Origin: Eledone cirrhosa
Taxonomy: Eukaryota
Direction: 5' to 3'
NCBI GenBank assembly: GCA_964016885.1
Contig: OZ024745.1
Coordinates: 35,774,001 to 35,838,000 of the forward strand
Length of the DNA stretch: 64,000 nt
Shown piece by piece: positions 25,861-39,236 of this stretch. A program made the translations under genes and the position numbers. The stretch's first letter is position 1. Each line of letters starts with the position of its first letter. Below the pieces are notes generated by a model. That model was given only the letters and a program-made list of their open reading frames with translations, had not been told where the DNA came from and did no database searches.

Positions 25861-26855
25861 GGATTGGCGAATGTATGTTTACATAGCCATCTGTGGATCC
25901 GCCATCCCACTTGGCCCTTGTGTGGCATTATCACCACGCTGTATACGGACACACATAAACAAACAAACACACGGGCAGAAAGGGCCCCAAAAATGAATAA
26001 GCATAAGTTTCATTGTAATGTAGTATTCGAATGTCTGACTTAGTTTTTGTTTTTTAAGTTTTACTTTTTCCCCCCTCTTCTCTGTCCGTCCGCCTGCCTC
26101 TCTCTTCATTCTTATTTTCTTTACGTTTTGGGGGTTTCTTTTTTTGTTTTTGTTTTTCTCTGTTTTTCTCGTTTTTTACTGTTGTTGCTGTGCTGCTTTT
26201 GTTGTTTATTTTTTCTTTTTTCTTTTGAGTCTATCTATATATTTTGATGCCTTCCTCTTTTTTAGCAGTAGGGATTCTATAATGTGGTGGCAGCAGCCAG
26301 CTAAAAGAAGAAGTGGGAGACTGGCGGCGGTAGCGATACTGAGACAGTGGTGGTGGTGATGTCGATACCGAGACAGTGGTGGCGGTGATGTGACCGTATT
26401 ACTGTAGCGATGGTGCTGTAGCGGTGGCAGCAGTGAAGGAGTGAAGGGGTGGTGGCGGCGGTGATGGGATAATGGTTGTAATGATGGCCGTAGTGATCGG
26501 TGGTGGTTTAGTGTACACAGGTGATAGGGTGGGTGGTGTATCTAGTTTCTGGTGTTGGTGAGTTTGGCTGTTCTATATAGTGTATACAGAGGAGGAGGGG
26601 GGGGGGGTTCTTCTTCCATTTATAGCCATTTTCTTTTTTGGATATACAGTGTACAATACAAAGTTGAATATTTGAATATTTGAGCCTTATAACAATATAT
26701 TTTGGGTCCGAATTTTTTGGGGCTCAAGCCGGGTGCTTTACGTAGCATTTGTACTAAGAGTTGTTATTTCACAAATGGTTTAAATATGTTAAAAATTCAA
26801 AACTTACGGGAGCGATTTCATGACCTCCGTCACCTCGTGCGTCTTCTTCCCTTAA

Positions 26856-26856
<1 letters not shown>
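25861..26856 (-). other. ~1-kb leader upstream of the Dong ORF, resembling a Tx1-type 5' UTR plus a Pro/Thr-rich ORF1 start
   Basis: On the minus strand a ~230-nt leader ends TATCCAAAAAAGAAAATGGCT (cf. Tx1 TATCCAAAAA...AAAATGGCT at 16606-16635), followed by ACC-rich low-complexity sequence. Confidence 0.4.
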
Positions 26857-26907
<51 letters not shown>

Positions 26908-26908
26908 A
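26857..26908. repeat. (ATT)n tract, right end of the LINE cluster
   Basis: Direct reading; the same motif occurs at 13668-13682, 15533-15555, 16395-16420 and 22321-22342. Confidence 0.95.
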
Positions 26909-28117
26909 TATTTGTACGCATTTATGTATGTCCATGTAGGTGTATGCGTAAAAGCGAGCCTAAGTTTTATATTATGAATGAGAAAAACAGTACCAATTGC
27001 TTTTCGCTGAGTATAAATACTCTATTTAATTGGCTAATGGCATATGAGCCTTTCTTACAGAAAATAAGAAACTGTACATGTTTAAGAACCCTCTCAGACA
27101 TTAAAGTCAATTGATTGGACATTGTCACGTATAATTGACATGCAGTTTGAGCAATGGTTCAGCAATATATAATCGATTATGGAAAGAGCATATTTCACGA
27201 ATACATTTTTTTTAAATATAGGAAATTAAAATAAAGTGAAGTGGAAGGGAAATGGTATAAACCGCAGGCAACACGATAGCAATTAATGTAGCGGAAATTA
27301 ATAGAGATTATACAAACAATTTAGCTGAATGGCAATATTAGTTAGAAATGCAAAGGGAGATAATTACTGAGAAGGATAATTTATAGATGGATAATTAAAA
27401 TAATTATCTATTGAATAAATGTGTAAATCAAAGTAAATCAAAGACGCAAGACAAAATATTTTTGAACATTATATTCGGCTGTCCTTTAAATAAGAAATCC
27501 TCTAAATAGAAACAGCATGTATAAAAACACCATTTACCAATATACGATCAACAGCAAATTGGAGATGTATAAACATGTGGGTGTCGCATCCAACTGTTTT
27601 TTTTTAATGGTATGTGCACACCCATTCATTCAAGAATCCTGGTTCAGGTAAATACTGCCCTATCTATAACTGGGATTTAAACCGGGATAATATGGATTAC
27701 GCACTTTCTTGGTCAGTGGCAAAATGCACCCACCAGTAGCAAAATAAAATATGCCCCTGCAATCTTTATTTTGATGGAAGTTTTGGAGATTATGACTGAA
27801 TCAGATCTGTTGAAATCTCGACAGTCTTTAACTGACAACATAAGGCATTAAAGTCTTTCGCTAAATATACCATAACTAGCATAGTATTGGATCCTGTGGC
27901 TCTGTGTTAATTTTACTTGAAATACTCAGCTCTTACACCACTCTACTTCTCGCCGCCATTATTCGTCTCGGCGCCCGCTTGTCCCCTCTGTTTTTGGTTT
28001 CTGTTAAGATAAAATTTAATACTTTGCCCCCCAATTAAATTGGTTTTCAAATTTATCTTATCATTTCCGTTCACTACAACCTCATTTCTTTTTCTCTTTG
28101 CTTTTCATTATTTCTCT

Positions 28118-28303
28118 TGGATTGGCAGTATCGGTAGAGGGTCGGACGCCATGCTTTCCAGCATAGTTACGTCCCTTTACGATCTGAGTTCAAATCCCGC
28201 CGAGGTTCACTTTGCCTTTCATCCTTACGGGGTCGATAAAATAAAGTACCAGTAATGCACTGGATAATTTGCTGGCCTTGTGCCTAAAGTAGAAACAATT
28301 ATT
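28118..28303 (+). mobile_element. tRNA-derived SINE
   Basis: Same family as 9154-9343. Confidence 0.9.
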
Positions 28304-29325
28304 TCTCTCCCACTCTTCTTCTTATCCACAATATACGAGAACAGCAGGTTCCTTGACCAGCCTTAGTCCTTCGTCATTGTATACTCCCTCTACTTACAAC
28401 TCTACTAATCGTCTCACTGGCCATTTAGATTGTAATACCACACAGCACATACACATTTAGTATCTATACTTGGTATAGCTTTTGTAAGTCATGTACTAAT
28501 TCTTTATTTATTATTTTTATTTCATTATTTTTGTTATTTGTATATTTTATTTTGATTAGGAATTTCCTTATATTTGAATGTTTTGTACATTTGCTTTGTC
28601 AGCAGGAAGTAACGTGTATTGTACCCACCACTAGGAATATAACTTGTCTTCTTCCCTGTCAACATTTTTTTCTGTTCTTTTTTTTCTGACGAATTGTAAA
28701 GACTGACATGACACGTATTGCATACAAATGAACATTGTATAATGTCGTCAGCGGATGTAGACGGTTACTCAATTGTACTGAAAGATATATTAAATATTGA
28801 ACACACAATAAATTCTTCCTAATGTTCACATTATCCTGCATATTTTTCCGGATTTTTTCCTGGTACCATATATATGCAGATCTGGTTGATCAAGCAGTCT
28901 GCTAATATGCAAATCAGGCCGATCAGTCACTGTATATTCCAGAAAATATCATATATTTTCACTAGCTCTGCTCTGACAGTTGGCAGGTAAATAGTATACG
29001 ACACGGATGAAAGGTAATAACCTAGAAACATTGGTGTTTGCCGTTCTGTTTATATGTCAACGCAAGAGCAAGACGGGGTCATTCTACTGACATGACTTAA
29101 GAAGCTGTTTGCACTACATGTCTTATATATATATATATATATATATTTTATTTATTTATTTATTTATTTATTTTTTTAGTATATGTTGGTTGTTTACCGA
29201 CACCTCAGTATGCAGATTGGAGCACTCGACGAAGTACGCAGGTTGGTTTGTTTACTCCGGAGTAATGTAAAATAATTAAGTCAAATATGTAAAATTTGGT
29301 TTCGTTTATTACAAATTATAGATAT

Positions 29326-29380
29326 ACTGCTATATATATTTAGGTGACAGCCATCATTGGCTGTCATCTCTTCAGGCAGT
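29326..29380 (-). ncRNA. Hammerhead ribozyme (family E), probably inactive (G12 to U)
   Basis: Minus strand: ACTGC-CTGAAGA-GATGACAGC/GCTGTCACC-TAAA-TATATA-TA-GCAGT. Confidence 0.7.
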
Positions 29381-30050
29381 CCGAATTGGTGTGGGAAGGA
29401 CAGGTACACATGTTGTTGAAGTGTGTTTTACTCCGCCAATCCATTGATATGTCCAGCTCCTGGTACTGTTGTTATTTCTCTTAGGAACTGGAATCAAATG
29501 TGTTAGAGCAAACGAATTTCGGCGTCATAGGACACGCTCGCATCCCATTGGTCAGTTGTGAGAACATTCCTCAGTCAAAAGTCTATAGAAATTTTTCTGA
29601 GGCAAGACAATCTGTTGTAGTAATTTTTGTTTAGGTACAGCTGACCTCCTCTATTGTGTTGGTAGTGGTAGTGGTGTTAAGGTGTCAGCTGGCAGGTCAG
29701 TTTTAGTGTGCTGCTGTTTGTTCAGAAGAATTTGTGTGTAGGTTGGCATCTATCCTGCCACCATTTCACGTGGTGTGTATGTTTTGCAAACAGATAAAAA
29801 ATAAAAAAATGTCTGTGTGTTAAAATATTAAGTGTCAGAATTTGAAAAATAGGAACTGTAGTACTTTGCATTTCCGGGTTTTGACACTCAGGTTTTTGGT
29901 GTTATACGCTCCACTTTTATCTCAATTTGCTCTTAAAATGCACCATTCGATGAAACATATAGAAAAATAATATATATTTCATTACGGAAATATATTTTAT
30001 ATATGGTTACCCATATATCTATTGTTCATGAAGCATTATATATGTTTGTG

Positions 30051-30237
30051 TGGTGGATTGGCAGTATCGGTAGAGGGTCGGGCGCCATGCATTGACGCAT
30101 AGAGTTACGTCCCTCTACGGTCTGAGTTCAAATCCCGCCGAGGTTAACTTTACCTTTCATCCTAGGGGGTCGATAAAATAAAGTACCAGTAATGCACGGA
30201 GTAATTGCTGGCCTTGTGCCAAAAGTAAAACAATTAT
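30051..30237 (+). mobile_element. tRNA-derived SINE
   Basis: Same family as 9154-9343. Confidence 0.9.
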
Positions 30238-30989
30238 ATATGTTTATATATGTCTTAATATAACTCCCTCCTCTCTCTCTCTCTTTCTCACTCTCTCTCT
30301 TACTCTCTCTCTCTCTCTCCCTATTATGTCTCTAAGTTAACAATGAATCCTAACATTTTACCTAATACCTAGTTAGATTAATAATTGTCTGTTTCTTTTT
30401 TGAGTGGGGTGCGGGTGGAGATTTAAGAATATTTTCTTGAGACATGAACAATTTAAATAAACAGAACTAAATCTAATATCAATAAAATAACATTATTTTC
30501 TTTTTTTTTTAATTCTGTCTTTTTTCTTTTGATTCAAGTTTTCGAAAACGATTTGTGAAAAGTAAATTTTTGAGGATATTCTCTATAATTCGATATTTTG
30601 TAAGACATGAAAAAAGAAAAACCATATCTCAACTGAAGTAGGCGATATTTTTGACAGTCCAGGAATACAAATTTATCAAATACGATTAGTCGCAGACGAG
30701 TGTCCATGTCTATGTGTCTATTATCAAATGTAGTGGAGATATATACCTACGTATATCGCAGACTAGATAGTTTAATGTGGACTAGACATATTTTAATGGT
30801 GTTGGTAAATACATTTTCGAGAAAGACCATCAGAAAAGCGAAAATAATACCACAATATCACCGGGATGATATCGACTTGCCAACAATAGTGCAGGAAACT
30901 AAACAGCTAATTATTACACCGCTTCATATTGGCATATATATATATATACATACACACACACACATGTATATATATACACACACACAGAC

Positions 30990-31028
<39 letters not shown>

Positions 31029-32959
31029 AATGTGTGTGTGTGTGTGCGTGTGCGTATGTGTGTGTGTATGTGTGTGTGTGTGAGAAATTGCGAAGAAGTA
31101 GATGTTAAGTCCTTTATTGATAAGTCTGTGATACACATTTCAATGACGACAGTGGCCACGTTATTTTATGGAACCAGTGTCGTGATCTCATCAGACAGCT
31201 TCATTACATAATAAGGTTAGGTTCTCGAGGCAATCTGAACTAAAATGGAAAAGTAGGTAGATAAATGGATAGGTAGATAGATACATAAATGCACACAAAC
31301 ATATGCAACATGTATATGTATATTCTTGAAAGTATATATGTAATATAAGGCATACTGAAAAGCTTGACTGACTTAATTAAATTATTAACCATTTTAATTA
31401 TTGTAATTAGTACTTTATCTGTGCTCATAACTTAGTATGGTTGTCATCATAATCGTTTAATAGCAATACTGGACGGATAAAACCCATCTGCCACCATTAG
31501 AGCCTTCATAATTCATTATGGTTGCATGGTCGGAGGATTACCTCTGACCTGAATAAGATTTTGCTCCATATCATTGTCAAAAACCAACATTCAACAGAGC
31601 CTCATTGGACCTCTCCTTTCCCCATTCCTGGTAGCCAGAAATTGCCCGGTATATACCGGCTACTTTCACCGTCTGGTATTTGGATGAACCACCCATAAAT
31701 GGGCCCATGGACATTATCCCTCATAATCTCCTATCTGTGATTCAAGCTCTAGCGTGGATTGCCCTCGATATTAAGTCATATGAAGGGCTCTCGCTATAAA
31801 TTTTCAAGGCTGTGACCACTATCACACACCCAACCTCAGCAAAAACAGGGGAAAGTAATCGACGATACCATCGTTTCTAACTTATTAGCGTTTATCGAGA
31901 CTACATGTTTACTAAACAAGAAAGACGAACTGGTAACTGCATGCAAACACAGATTGCGTAGGATTTACCTCGCCCTCAAACCCCATAATGACCCGGGGGG
32001 GGGGGTAGACAAGGGCTGTAACACCACACTTGCCGACTTTGTAATGGGTAACCCCTTCTTGCAAAGGTAGACGTAAGATTTTCTTATATCTCTTTTTATC
32101 GTTTCCTCTATATTTCCTTCTTCCCCCCATCCCTTCCTAGTCCTTCCACCCCAGTTCGCCTTCTTTGTCGTCGTCCTTTTCACTTTCTCGCCCACCCCGA
32201 GGCAGCCCTTCGGTCCTTTGTAGCCTAAGTACCCCCACCCCCATCCCCTATTCTATGATAGAATTGGCCGACTCCGCTTTTTATAGCAGATGTGATAGAC
32301 GCCAGATACCTGCTCTCTTATCCGATGGCTGCCCCATTTCCGTGTTTCTAGATTTCTTATTGGTATCTCTGCTTTAGTTTCTCGTATATCAGTATTTTTT
32401 TTTTCGGGAGAGGGGGGGGGGGGGATTCTGAATTAATATTTTTCGTATCAAATTTTTCATATATATCGTACGAGCATTTATGTAGTTTGTATTAGAATTT
32501 ATGTATCGTAGCGGCACCCTTATATATTATATTAGTATTCATTTTCGGGATTCTGAATTATTATTTCGTATTAGTTTCGGGTCTCTGAATTATTATTTCG
32601 TAGTAGTTTCTTTAGTATTTTGGCCCTCTACTTGTTGACCTGTCACTGTAAGATAGATTTGGATGATTACTACTAACTCATAAAATTCTTTCACTACAAT
32701 CTCGTATTTAGTATTCCGTCCCACCTATTAAACTTTTCTGTAGTTTGGCAGTACCAGTGAGAGACTTGATGATTGTGGTAGGGGAATAGTAACCAGAAAT
32801 TGTTTTTTTATATTTTTAACATTCTTATTATTCTTCTATATATTTACTCCATATTGATTTACTTATTGTTTCGACTCCTCCCCCTCCCTAGTATACTTTC
32901 TCGACCTCTTATCCTTAGGATCCCGCTGTAGTTGGCACTATCAACGCACGACTGGGTTT

Positions 32960-33096
32960 CCTCCACTCCCTCACCCTCTTTCTTCTACTGGCAAGTTCAG
33001 CTACCCCTTCCTTCCACAAAATGCCATGATAGAATTATTTAGTCCAGAATTAGCCGTCGAAACGGCTTCAGCTCAGCCGTCGGTGTCCTACTCGTT

Positions 33097-33100
<4 letters not shown>
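32960..33100 (+). repeat. Family D repeat fragment containing only the 3' half of the hammerhead
   Basis: Homologous to 54170-54412 (GGCAAGTTCAG...; TAGCCGTC-GAAA-CGGC..GCCG-TC-GG) with an internal deletion; ends in (TA)n. Confidence 0.65.
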
Positions 33101-33143
<43 letters not shown>

Positions 33144-33144
33144 G

Positions 33145-34382
33145 CAGTGTGCGTACGGTATTTGAGGACATGCATTTAGTCATTATTTTATTTGATTAAT
33201 TTTTATTGAAATTCTAATTCAGAAAATAATGAAAATAACAATGCTTACCAATGAAATGAAAAGGTATGTTTTGATTGTGGCTTTGAAGACTAAGCATGGT
33301 GATTTAGAAATTTCTCGTTTTCTGAAAGTTGCAAGATCTTTTGTCCACAAGATTCGGTGTGAGTTAGAGAAAGAAGATGAAAGCGTATTACCTGTATTAA
33401 AACGTAAAATATATTCCAAATACTCTGATTCTATCAGGACACCTGAATTTATTCAGGATTCCGGAAGTTAAGCAAAACATTGATGACAATCCAGGAAAAT
33501 CAATGAGGTCAATTGCAAAAAAAAAACAATCAGAAATGTTGTGCATGAAGACATCAGATACAAATCTTACGTGATGAGGAGAGGTAAATTCATGTCAGTG
33601 AAAACAAAAGAAAACGTTTAATCAGATTCAAAAGAGTTTTGAACAAACTTTAAAATCCATCAGAAGTGTGACTTGGTTTTTCTCCGATGAGAAAAACTTT
33701 GACCAGGACCAGAAAACTAACAGAAGAAATGACAGGTGGCTATGTGCAGACCCTTCCAAGGTTCCAAGAGTAATGCACATAAAATTTCCTGCAAATATCA
33801 TGGTTTTGGGTGTTGGTAGCAATGAAGGACATATGATGCCTCCTCACTTTTTTCCACAAGGCCTTAGGATGAATGCTGTTACTATATTGAGGTTCTGGAT
33901 AAAGTTGTTAAGCCTTGGATCAATAGTGTATGCAATGGAAGGCCTTATGTTTTTCAACAAGATTCTGCACCATCACACAAGGCTCAAATGACACAAGAAT
34001 GGATGGCCGAAAATGTGTATGCTCAAATTACCCCCAACGTTTGACCTCTTAATTCTCCAGATCACAATCCAGTGGACTACTATGTATGGAGCATCGTTAA
34101 AAAAAATCTCAATGAACACCTCTATAGAACCAAAGATTCTTTGAAAGCCGTAATAGTTCGAGTCTGTCTAATATGAACAAGGACCACTTAATCCGAGGTT
34201 GTAAACGATATCAACCACGCGTAGAGGTAGTTATTGATGGTCATGGTGGTTTTATTGAATGAAATTATGAAATTGATAACTCAGCTTTATGTTTAAGTTA
34301 TTTTTATAAGAATACAGTTTTTTCTGTTATTATATAAGCGCTTTTTTTAAAACCATAAATCTGTCCTCCAATACCGTCCGCA

Positions 34383-34387
<5 letters not shown>
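33145..34387 (+). mobile_element. Decayed Tc1/mariner-superfamily transposon, DD37D (maT) type
   Basis: TIRs CAGTGTGCGTACGGTATTTGAGGACA / TGTCCTCCAATACCGTCCGCACACT; WFFSDEK, FQQDSAPSH, then 37 residues to SPDHNPVDY; stops and frameshifts; inserted in (TA)n. Confidence 0.9.
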
Positions 34388-34447
<60 letters not shown>

Positions 34448-34667
34448 TATATAGATATAGACATCTGAATAATAATAATATATATACAACAAAAGGGAGA
34501 GAGAGAAAGGAGACTGAGAAGAAAAAAAAAGAGAGAGAGGGGTGAGTTAGTTAGTCTCTCTAAATATCATAGTGACTGAAACAATGCGATAAAGCAATGA
34601 AATTATATCAAGTGATATCCTATAATGAATGCTATTATTTGTAAATATTTACCGAAGACGTAGAATA

Positions 34668-34763
<96 letters not shown>

Positions 34764-34775
34764 ATATACATTTAT

Positions 34776-34821
<46 letters not shown>

Positions 34822-34897
34822 TATATATGTATATATATGTATATATATATATATTTGTATATGTATATAAATATGTATATATATATACATATATATA

Positions 34898-34941
<44 letters not shown>

Positions 34942-35012
34942 TATATATGTATAAAATATATATATATATACATATATATATATATGTATATATGTATATA
35001 TACATATATATC

Positions 35013-35062
<50 letters not shown>

Positions 35063-35125
35063 TATATATGTATAAAATATATATATATATACATATATAT
35101 ATATGCATGTGTATATATATGTATA

Positions 35126-35156
<31 letters not shown>

Positions 35157-35159
35157 TTA

Positions 35160-35215
<56 letters not shown>

Positions 35216-35300
35216 TTTGTATATAGATGTATATGTCTATATATATATGTATATATTTACATGTATATATATATATTTGTAGATAGTGTGTGTGTGTGTG
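34668..35300. repeat. Long compound (TA)n/(TG)n microsatellite
   Basis: Direct reading. Confidence 0.95.
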
Positions 35301-35623
35301 CAACTGTATGTATAGTTAGAGTGAGATAGAGATATATAACGAGACAGACATAGAGAAACGCAATGTGATGTGCGATATAGATAGATAAATGTAAAAGATA
35401 AAATATATTTGATGATGGAGAACGCTATAAGATATAGTTTAAGAAATATATTACAGAAAGCGAGCGAAGAAAAAGATCGATCGATTTATACAATTAATCA
35501 AACTGGCGGAACGAAATTGATGGATGGATATATACATATATATGCGTGTTTGTATGTGTGTATGTGTGTGTGCATACACATATACACACACACTCACACA
35601 CACGCACACACACACACACACAC

Positions 35624-35654
<31 letters not shown>

Positions 35655-35701
35655 AAGAGAGAGAAATGTAGAAATGGAAAGAGGGAGAGAGAGGAAGACA
35701 G

Positions 35702-35704
<3 letters not shown>

Positions 35705-35777
<73 letters not shown>
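35705..35777. repeat. (GA)n microsatellite
   Basis: Direct reading. Confidence 0.95.
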
Positions 35778-35781
<4 letters not shown>

Positions 35782-36127
35782 TAAAAGATAGAGAGACACT
35801 GCGGGAGGGCGCAACATAGAAATGAAACAATTTTAGCTGAAATAAATATTTTTAGATATACTGAGACGTGTATATTAATAAGGTATTATTCGATGTATAT
35901 TAATAAGACAGCAGCATTCCAACGAACGATATATACAGATATAAAATATATATATATATTCACACTCTCTACACATATAATTGTATATATGTATATTTGC
36001 AATTTATTACCGAAAGGTGGGTGCTGTGACGTAGGAGGTAAATTTAGTTACATAAATTGATAGATCTGAATACAAAGAGACAAACAGATGACTATGTATA
36101 TATGTGTGTGTGTATATATATTTATTG

Positions 36128-36170
<43 letters not shown>

Positions 36171-36181
36171 GCATATGTGCG

Positions 36182-36254
<73 letters not shown>

Positions 36255-36258
<4 letters not shown>

Positions 36259-36461
36259 AAGAAATTGTAGTAAGGAAACAGATGGACCATAACGCACCAG
36301 AGTACTCAATACTTAGAGTAGTAGAGTGGGTAATAGGAGAAATTATGACCCAGACGGCAGAGCTCAAGCCGTTTCGAAGGCTATTTCTGGACTAAAGGCT
36401 TTAGTCTAGAAATAGCCATCGAAACGGCTTGAGCTCTGCCGTCGGGGTCATACTTTCTCCT

Positions 36462-36462
<1 letters not shown>
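36255..36462. repeat. Family D fragment with fold-back (arms ~36335-36395 / 36400-36462)
   Basis: AGGAGAAATTATGACC..CTGGACTAAA / TTTAGTCTAG..GGTCATACTTTCTCCT; flanked by (TA)n. Confidence 0.85.
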
Positions 36463-36544
<82 letters not shown>

Positions 36545-36716
36545 ATCAGAGAGAGAGGGGGATGACGGTAATTCACTATAGCGATGAGGAGCAAGTTAAG
36601 GAAAACATTCCTAGAGCCTGAGGTGATCCCAGTCTTTTGGAACCACAGTGTGAATCGCCATGTCCTGAAACCAACTTGTTGAGAGCAACATATGTGTTAG
36701 AAGTTAGAAGGCCCCA

Positions 36717-36772
<56 letters not shown>

Positions 36773-36774
<2 letters not shown>

Positions 36775-37569
36775 TGGACGGGTAAAATTCCTGAGATCCA
36801 TGAACGAGTTCACTCAAGCGGTCTCTGTGGCTCATCATCGCTGCACTGACCTGCGTCTCTAAGAGACCAGTGTCCGTCCTTAGGGCATCAACATATATCA
36901 ACCTCGGTCTTCCACTTCCAGTGTGTCCATGTAGGTGCTCCCACAGGAGCACTGAGTGTAGTGTCAACTCTGGATATCGGTGATCATGTCCAGCTAACCT
37001 CAGTCTCCTCTGTGCTACCTTCGAGCTGACTTTTAGGAGGCTCCCGCACAACTCTGAACTCTTCATCCTCAGTGTATACTGATTAATGTTCAGAGCCATC
37101 TTAAGCATTCTCGTGTAGCACCCATCTCCCATCTGGGTGAGATTCTTGGTCAGTGTCCAAGTCTCAGACCCATATAGCAGCACAGACTCCACTACAACAA
37201 AGAAGAGACGGATCTTCAGGTCATTACGAAGGTTCGACTTCCACACCGATCTGAAACTGTGGCACGCCGCCCAGGCTTTGCTCTTCCTCTCGACCAGAGA
37301 GCAGGAGAGTTAAGGCGAAAATGATATCGGATGCTGAATTAGCCGACGACATAGTTCTGGTGACAAACACAGTGAAGGAGGCAGAGGAGTTGATGCAGGA
37401 TGTAGAGACTGTGTCGATGAGTGTGGGGCTGAGAATGAATGAGATTAAGACGAAGTATCTGGTAGAGAATATTAAAAAGCCAGAGAAGATTACGAATGTA
37501 GGCGGGAAGCCGCTAGAATTGGTTGAGGACTTCCTGTATTTGGGAGTAAAAATTGGGAATACAGAAGAA
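36773..37569 (-). mobile_element. RTE-type LINE 3' fragment with an inverted 5' segment
   Basis: Minus 36773-37297 encodes LVERKSKAWAAC..VESVLLYGSETW..RLRLAGH..GRPRL; plus 37298-37569 encodes the preceding LADDIVL..FLYLG..NTEE; (TA)n on both sides. Confidence 0.85.
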
Positions 37570-37614
37570 TATATATATATATATATATATGAAAAATGGC
37601 GTGCTGCGTGGTTG

Positions 37615-37955
<341 letters not shown>

Positions 37956-38102
37956 ATACTTTGGGAGGGTCATGTTGCCAATAAGAAACACACGCAGCAA
38001 TGCATTCACTTCTATTTATTATAATAAATTTATACATTTAGGAATTTATAAATTTCCGGTTGGTTGGTTGGTTCCACAACCAGATGGTAGTTTATATATA
38101 TT

Positions 38103-38145
38103 GTCAAAGTTCTTTCGTCACACATTCTGTGACCTCTTCAGTGAC
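38103..38145 (-). ncRNA. Minimal hammerhead in the PLE pLTR (family F)
   Basis: Minus strand: GTCA-CTGAAGA-G-GTCAC/GTGAC-GAAA-GAAC-TT-TGAC; same strand as the PLE ORF. Confidence 0.8.
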
Positions 38146-38345
38146 TGGGGATTCTTTTCTTTGTTTTTGTGCCTCTCCTTTGTTCTGTCCTACGCCATCT
38201 TGTTTCTGTGTGTGTGCTGTGTGCTCATCTGCGCATGCGCCACATCCGGGTGTCTGTGTGTATTTATATTCGTTTATTTATTTGTTTATTTACATGTTAC
38301 TGGTTGGTTGTTTGTTCTATGTGCGTGTGTGTTTTCATTCTGTCC

Positions 38346-39236
38346 TTAATTGTAAGTTGTGATGTTGCTGTTCCACTCATGTTTTCTAATTAATTTTGGT
38401 TGGAGTTCATTTATGTTTATTGCCTCTGTGATTTGTCTAAACATTGCGTCTTTTCTGTGTGTAGATTCTATTTTTATTTCTATGTTCTCTAATTTACCCT
38501 TATGTTCTATTTTAGCATGTTGGTATAGTACAGATGATTCTTTACTATCTTGAAGATCTCGCCAGTGTTCATTTATGCGTTCCCCTATACTACGAGCTGT
38601 CTCACCTATGTACACTATATTTTTATCTCTACATTGTCCTTCAGTACATCTTATGCTGTATACTGCATTTCTAGTTTTACAGTTAATATGGGGGCTTAAT
38701 TTACAGATTATACATTTCTTATCTATACTGGGGGGTCTTTGAAAAGGGTATGTCTTGCTAATAAGTATTTTTATGGAGGTACCTGGTCTTTCTATTATCT
38801 TAATATTGAGTTTATGTTTATCTAGGGCCCTTCTAAATTTGTAAGCTAATTCACCTCTAGGGGTTGTATCGATGAACATTACACTCTGGTATTTATTGCT
38901 ATCATACCATGAGTTTATTCTATTAGCCTTATTCCTAGTTCTTTCTATTCTATTCCAAAATTTGCTCCTATACAAGGGGCATGTCCCATTTATGTCATTA
39001 TTTACCATTTTTTCCCATTTGGTTCTGGCTCCTCTATATACTCTGATTTTATCTCTCTGATTGTAACCAGAGAACTGCATACGGTGGATGAAGTGTTGTA
39101 TGTGTCTCTCTAGTTCTTCGCGGTTGCACATGCGGGACACGTTTCTCATGACCCGTACCAAATCCGCAATCAGTATGTTGATTTTGGTATGGTCCGAAAC
39201 AGCTGAGTTTCGGTGGATCAGATATTTGGAAGTCAT
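38346..39236 (-). CDS. PLE thumb + GIY-YIG endonuclease fragment (296 aa)
   Basis: CIIC..C, NAVYSIRC, VYIGETARS, RINEH, RQITEAINI..PKL. Confidence 0.88.
   Translation of the reverse strand: MTSKYLIHRNSAVSDHTKINILIADLVRVMRNVSRMCNREELERHIQHFIHRMQFSGYNQRDKIRVYRGARTKWEKMVNNDINGTCPLYRSKFWNRIERTRNKANRINSWYDSNKYQSVMFIDTTPRGELAYKFRRALDKHKLNIKIIERPGTSIKILISKTYPFQRPPSIDKKCIICKLSPHINCKTRNAVYSIRCTEGQCRDKNIVYIGETARSIGERINEHWRDLQDSKESSVLYQHAKIEHKGKLENIEIKIESTHRKDAMFRQITEAININELQPKLIRKHEWNSNITTYN

Noticed and set aside
25861-25995. HDV-like ribozyme expected near an R4/Dong 5' end
   Set aside because: Some pairings exist (GGCCCTT/AAGGGCC, GTGG/CCAC), but I could not build the nested double pseudoknot by hand. 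It needs a covariance-model search.
34603-36395. Many ORFs rich in YI/CV/HT/RE/LS repeats (also at 2334, 4256, 30914, 43242, 50938, 53544, 59300)
   Set aside because: They are translations of dinucleotide microsatellites, which lack stop codons.
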